From positions 69,974,935 to 70,038,934 of the forward strand of contig NC_134847.1 of NCBI RefSeq assembly GCF_965363235.1: a stretch of DNA of 64,000 bases. Reading direction: 5' to 3'. The position numbers and the translations under genes are program-made. Positions 59,771-64,000 of the stretch are shown piece by piece. The stretch comes from Mytilus galloprovincialis (taxonomy: Eukaryota). How positions within the stretch are numbered: position 1 is the first letter of the stretch; each line of letters begins with the position of its first letter. The notes below the pieces were generated by a model that was not told the DNA's origin, searched no databases, and was given only the letters and a program-made list of their open reading frames with translations.

Positions 59771-62700
59771 GAAAGGATATACATGTACAAGAGCCTCATG
59801 ATAATGAAATAAGTATAGATAGCGTGCTGAACATTTTATCTTTTAACATTGAAGGTTTTTTATCTAATAATATGTATCTATCTATGCTAGAGAAAAGAGC
59901 TGATATAATTATGTTACAGGAACATTGGTTACATAATAGGGAAAAACAAGTTTTAGAGGAATTTTTAACTGACTTTTTATGTCTTGTAAAATGCTTTGAT
60001 GATGATAAGACAAATGACCCAACTGAAAGGAGGAGGGGGCATGCTGGGGTTGCAATTTGTGTTAACAAAAAATTACAAAATCTTGTTGAACTTTTACCGG
60101 ATGGATGTAATAGAGTAATAGCTATACGTCTCAACGTAAAACAGCCACTTGTGCTAATATGTGTCTATATGCCAACTAGAGGTGGAAATATCACTATTGA
60201 AGATTTTAAAACTGTACTAGATGAGCTAAGTGAAATGATAGAAAAATATCTGCCTACTTCTGACATAATTATAGGAGGTGACATGAATGCCTCACTGCAT
60301 AGAAATGAGCGTAAAATACCTCGTGACATTGTCTTTGATGAATTCTTAAAATCTAATGGTCTGTCAATACCTTCCACTTGCAAAACGCAGAGTACGTTTT
60401 TTCACTTCAATAACAGAGATGAATCTCAAATTGACTATTTTGTAGAAACTAGTGCAATGGTCAAGAAATATTTGTCATTTAATCGTGAATTTCAAAATCT
60501 ATCCATTCATGATCCAATTATGATTTCAATTAACTGTTGTATTGAAAGGATGGATATTAGCACTAGCGATCCTAGACCTTTACGTATAAAATGGGATAAA
60601 ATTGATAAACAAAAATATGAAAATTTACTTCAAGAGAGATTAACTGAATTTAGTGATGTGGCTGTGGTTGAAACTGCTGAAAATATAGAGAACATTTTAA
60701 CAAAATTTTCTGACATTATTGTGACTACTGCTGAAAGTCTATGCCCAAAAAGGAAAAAGAAATTTAAGAGGAAAAGGGACTGGACCCCAGAAATGACTGA
60801 AATTGTTAAGGAGGGTAAATTTTACTATTGGAAATGGAAAAATGAAGGTAATAAAGATAATAAATCTAGCATTAACTATATTCGAATGAAAGTGCAAAAG
60901 AAAAAACTTCGTTCTGCCCAAAGACGATTGGCTGCTGAGAAAAGAGAAAATACGTATACCAAAATTATGGAATTAAATGAGAATAATGATAAACAATTTT
61001 TCGCATTAGTAAATAAGCAGAGAAATGCAAGGTCATCCACAACTTCAATTTTGAAGGTTAACAATAGACTGTATAATAATTCAGCCTCTATTCTGGGAGC
61101 TTGGGCTGAATACTTTGAAGATTTGGCCTCGCCATCTGTGCAAGATAGATTCGATAGTAAATTTTTCAATTTGGTTAATAATGACATTGAAATATTAACT
61201 GATATTTTCTTAAGTACAAGAGAACCGATTCAGGAAGTGACTGAGTACGAATTGAATAAATGTATTTTATCTTTTAAAAATGGAAAAGCTCCAGATGTTG
61301 ATAAATTCACCATAGAACACTTGAAATATGGAGGACAGACAGTTGTAAATATACTAACTAAATTGATAAACTTGATTTTTAAAACTGTTGCTGTCCCAAA
61401 TAATTTAAAAATAGGGATAGGATGCCCTCTGTTTAAAAATGGAGGAAAACCAAAAGAAGATCCAAATTCATATAGACGTATAACTATAACTAGTGCTATT
61501 GGAAAAACTATAGAAAAGCTACATTTATCCCGTAACAAAAGCTCTATTAAAAATCAGCAAAGTAGATTACAAAAAGGGTTCACTGAAGGGGAATCCCCTA
61601 CTGTAGCGGGGCTGGTTGTAACTGAACTAAGAATAGAAGCTAAAGAAAAACGTTTACCCATATATATTGGATTAACTGATGCTAAAAAAGCGTTTGATAT
61701 AGTATGGCATGCTGGCCTATTTAGAGAAATGCATAAAATGAACATATCTGGAGATAATTGGTTATTATTTAGGGCATGGTATGAAGACTTAACTACAAAA
61801 GTAAAATGGGAAGGAAATTATTCACGTGGGTTTAAAGAAAAACAAGGCGTCCGTCAAGGAGGTGTTTGGTCTCCAACTGCGTATAAAGTTTTTATTAACT
61901 CTTTACTGAAAATTTATGAGGAAAACAAAATTGGGTCGTACATAGGTTCAATATACTGTGGTGCTCCAACTGTAGCAGACGATGTTACATTGATAGCTAA
62001 TGATCCATATGAACTACAAACTATGATTAATATTCAAATGGACCATGCAAATAAATTTAGATATTCGATTAGTGAACAGAAATCCTGTGTATTGAAAATA
62101 GGAGACAAGTCAGAACATTCCTGGTATATGAACGACCAAAAGTTAAATACACCAATTAATGCTACCCACTTAGGAATAAAAAGGGACATAAATTCTAAAT
62201 TTGGAGTTAAAGAAGTTGTACCAGATAGAATACAAACTGCTCGTAAAACAGTATATGCATTGATGGGCGCTGGTCTCTATGGCCTGAATGGGATAAATCC
62301 GAAGGTCTCAGTTCACATGATAAAGTGCTTTGTCATTCCGAGGCTACTGTATGGCCTGGATATTATTCGATTAACAAAAACTGATATAGCAAAACTATCT
62401 GTTTATTATATACAATTGTTGAAACAAATCCAGCATCTGCCGTCACGCACTGCGAATTCTGCTGTTTTAGTCCTGACTGGTCAGCTTCCTATAGAATCTG
62501 AAATCCACAAAAAAATGCTTTCCCTATTTCGTAACATTGCAGATAATCACGGGTCAGTTGAACGCAGTATCGCTCAAAGACAGCTTGCTTTGAAAACAAG
62601 AGACTCTGAAAGCTGGTTTATTCAAATTATAAAATTAACAGAAATGTATGAATTGCCATCTCCTATAGAGGTACTGGATCTAGTCCCAGAAAAGCATATT

Positions 62701-63243
62701 TGGAAAAAATTGGTTTATAACGCAGTGAATGACTATTGGAAAAACATTTTAATTCTTGAAGCTAGGACAAAAGTATCTATGAAAATGTTAAATGTTGATA
62801 ACTTTAAAGTTGGTGTAGTTCATAATATCTGGGAGAGTAGTGGTTCAGAACTTTTATCCGTTAAAAGAGCATGTGTCAAAGCCAAAATATTAAGTGGGAC
62901 TTACACTCTTCAAGCTGATCGAGCAAAATTTAATGGAAATAGAACAAGTTCTTTATGCCCTCTGTGTTTTAAACAATCTGAAGACTTAATGCACTTTCTT
63001 ATAAAATGTAACTCTTTGGAAGGAGTGAGAAGGAAATTCATTATGCTACTAAGAAATCTACTAAATGATAAGATAAATGCTCTTCTTGTGGATGATTTAT
63101 TTAACTTTGAAGATAATCTATTACAATTAATAGTGGACTGTACAAAATTCCAGTTTTTAAAACAATTATGGACAACTATTGAGCGCCTGTCAAGCAGCTT
63201 ATGTTTTGGTCTACATCAGAAGAGAACTAGCTTGTTACTATAA
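59593..63243 (+). CDS. LINE ORF2: AP-endonuclease (EEP) domain, reverse transcriptase, C-terminal Cys-rich motif
   Basis: N-terminal LSFNIEGF..IIMLQEHW..GGDMNA. RT motifs FKNGGKPKEDPNSYRRITITSAIGK, LTDAKKAFD, GVRQGGVWSPTAYKVFIN, APTVADDVTLIA. C-terminal CPLCFKQSEDLMHFLIKC. Overlaps ORF1 by 178 nt in another frame. Confidence 0.8.
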   Translation: MSNTSKEKISREIGANIYTPKKANETSTAEVPTSSTGKVGLHTERQFNDAHIGSIHKNVGKDIHVQEPHDNEISIDSVLNILSFNIEGFLSNNMYLSMLEKRADIIMLQEHWLHNREKQVLEEFLTDFLCLVKCFDDDKTNDPTERRRGHAGVAICVNKKLQNLVELLPDGCNRVIAIRLNVKQPLVLICVYMPTRGGNITIEDFKTVLDELSEMIEKYLPTSDIIIGGDMNASLHRNERKIPRDIVFDEFLKSNGLSIPSTCKTQSTFFHFNNRDESQIDYFVETSAMVKKYLSFNREFQNLSIHDPIMISINCCIERMDISTSDPRPLRIKWDKIDKQKYENLLQERLTEFSDVAVVETAENIENILTKFSDIIVTTAESLCPKRKKKFKRKRDWTPEMTEIVKEGKFYYWKWKNEGNKDNKSSINYIRMKVQKKKLRSAQRRLAAEKRENTYTKIMELNENNDKQFFALVNKQRNARSSTTSILKVNNRLYNNSASILGAWAEYFEDLASPSVQDRFDSKFFNLVNNDIEILTDIFLSTREPIQEVTEYELNKCILSFKNGKAPDVDKFTIEHLKYGGQTVVNILTKLINLIFKTVAVPNNLKIGIGCPLFKNGGKPKEDPNSYRRITITSAIGKTIEKLHLSRNKSSIKNQQSRLQKGFTEGESPTVAGLVVTELRIEAKEKRLPIYIGLTDAKKAFDIVWHAGLFREMHKMNISGDNWLLFRAWYEDLTTKVKWEGNYSRGFKEKQGVRQGGVWSPTAYKVFINSLLKIYEENKIGSYIGSIYCGAPTVADDVTLIANDPYELQTMINIQMDHANKFRYSISEQKSCVLKIGDKSEHSWYMNDQKLNTPINATHLGIKRDINSKFGVKEVVPDRIQTARKTVYALMGAGLYGLNGINPKVSVHMIKCFVIPRLLYGLDIIRLTKTDIAKLSVYYIQLLKQIQHLPSRTANSAVLVLTGQLPIESEIHKKMLSLFRNIADNHGSVERSIAQRQLALKTRDSESWFIQIIKLTEMYELPSPIEVLDLVPEKHIWKKLVYNAVNDYWKNILILEARTKVSMKMLNVDNFKVGVVHNIWESSGSELLSVKRACVKAKILSGTYTLQADRAKFNGNRTSSLCPLCFKQSEDLMHFLIKCNSLEGVRRKFIMLLRNLLNDKINALLVDDLFNFEDNLLQLIVDCTKFQFLKQLWTTIERLSSSLCFGLHQKRTSLLL

Positions 63244-64000
63244 AGACTGTTCATATAGTTTTCCAAGTTAAAGAGACATATATAGTGAAATTTATTTTTT
63301 GAGTGTGGTATAGATGATAATGATAAGCAAAGATTTAAACTGATTGTTAAAGTTAGGTGGTCTTTTTAACGCTTATATGATAGGTGATAACTTTACATAT
63401 TATTTTTAGATTTTAAATGTTTATTTGTCGCTAAGTTTTAAGTACAAATAACAATGTAATGGTTCATTACCTTAAGTTTAAGAATAAACTACTCTGTAAT
63501 GAGGCTCTTTGGTTAGGGGTATATACTAGGTATAAGTGTAAGGGTTAGGACTTACAGTTTGCATTTGATGAGTATGTTTAAGTATAAGGAATGTGAATTA
63601 GACATTTGCTGAGCTGAGCAAGTTTCACAGTCTATGTGCTTGGTGGATAGATGTGATGTATATATATTCTTCCGATGAGGAGAGAGACTCAAGTGAGATA
63701 AAGGACAAAATAACAATGGATGAATCTATCAAGTTTTAGATTTTAAAATATGACTGTATATACAGTTTGAATACTTTTAAATAAGTGTGGTGGCGGTGTA
63801 TATAAGTGTATAAAGAAGATGTTTTTAATCCAATAGTGAATATAAGGGATTCTACACTTCAAGAGGATATTCCAACTGAAGTGGTTCATCTGATAAAGGT
63901 GGAAAGTACAGAATAGGTAACAGGTAACAGGTAACCCTGTAAATAAACAAACCCGACGATACTTATTATATTATAGAAGAATACAAAAATTACAAGGTGA

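Larger units (their letters stand above)
57058..63990 (+). mobile_element. Full-length non-LTR (LINE) retrotransposon: about 0.7-kb 5'UTR, ORF1, overlapping ORF2, 3'UTR running to the window end
   Basis: The ORF1/ORF2 arrangement and ORF2 domains are listed under the two CDS entries. 5' and 3' boundaries are approximate. Confidence 0.75.

Noticed and set aside
58012-61745. Multiple 60-112 aa minus-strand ORFs inside the LINE (for example 58012..58287, 59796..60134, 60876..61187)
   Set aside because: They are antisense to long, domain-bearing ORF1/ORF2 and have no independent support.
57468-63643. About 20-nt similarity between the LINE 5'UTR (gtttcacagtctgtgtactcg, 57468) and the 3'UTR (gtttcacagtctatgtgcttgg, 63620), considered as possible LTRs
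   Set aside because: Far too short, and not terminal. The APE+RT organisation is that of a non-LTR element.

Overview
AT-rich eukaryotic genomic DNA, invertebrate-like (spliced genes with GT-AG introns, SINE-, MITE- and LINE-rich; a bivalve-mollusc-like repeat landscape). It is not prokaryotic: there are no operons and no CRISPR array. The ORF track used bacterial start codons, so several of its leading 'M' residues are really TTG.

Three multi-exon protein-coding genes lie on the + strand:
- A divergent 14-3-3 paralog, exons at about 6375-6532, 10044-10144 and 10521-10879.
- A gene at about 12216-24206. Its first exon encodes an acidic extension fused to an actin N-terminal fragment. A roughly 1 kb exon encodes a formin-FH1-like poly-proline region plus a WIP/verprolin-type WH2 motif. 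Small downstream exons resemble a WASP-family C/acidic (W + poly D/E) tail.
- A 3'-terminal gene piece at 38327-39938.

The rest of the window is a dense mosaic of repeats and mobile elements:
- A tandem array at 46031-46826 of 359-bp units, each carrying a complete type-I hammerhead ribozyme (CUGAUGA / GAAAC core, closed helices II and III, GUA cleavage site). This is a retrozyme-like element. Solo or degenerate copies sit at about 11105, 37440, 44320, 45230 and 50690.
- A 3.1-kb Foldback-type element at 53972-57057.
- A complete non-LTR retrotransposon at about 57058-64000, with an ORF1 carrying a PHD finger and coiled coil, and an ORF2 carrying an APE endonuclease, a reverse transcriptase and a C-terminal Cys motif.
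- An Ac-like hAT MITE with a perfect 8-bp TSD at 48424-49611.
- A 228-bp MITE with a 9-bp TSD at 52389-52616.
- A 1.3-kb TIR element with CCCCAAACGTGTCC subterminal repeats at 41018-42332.
- Two copies of a roughly 2-kb composite element (15440-17435 and 25977-27961), plus truncated relatives.
- A roughly 1.3-kb dispersed repeat present once intact (4285-5565) and once interrupted by nested insertions (28670-32222). Comparing the two copies gives an empty-site/filled-site pair.
- Several minisatellites, a 140-nt near-perfect hairpin, and arrays of a palindromic AAGATATCTT core.
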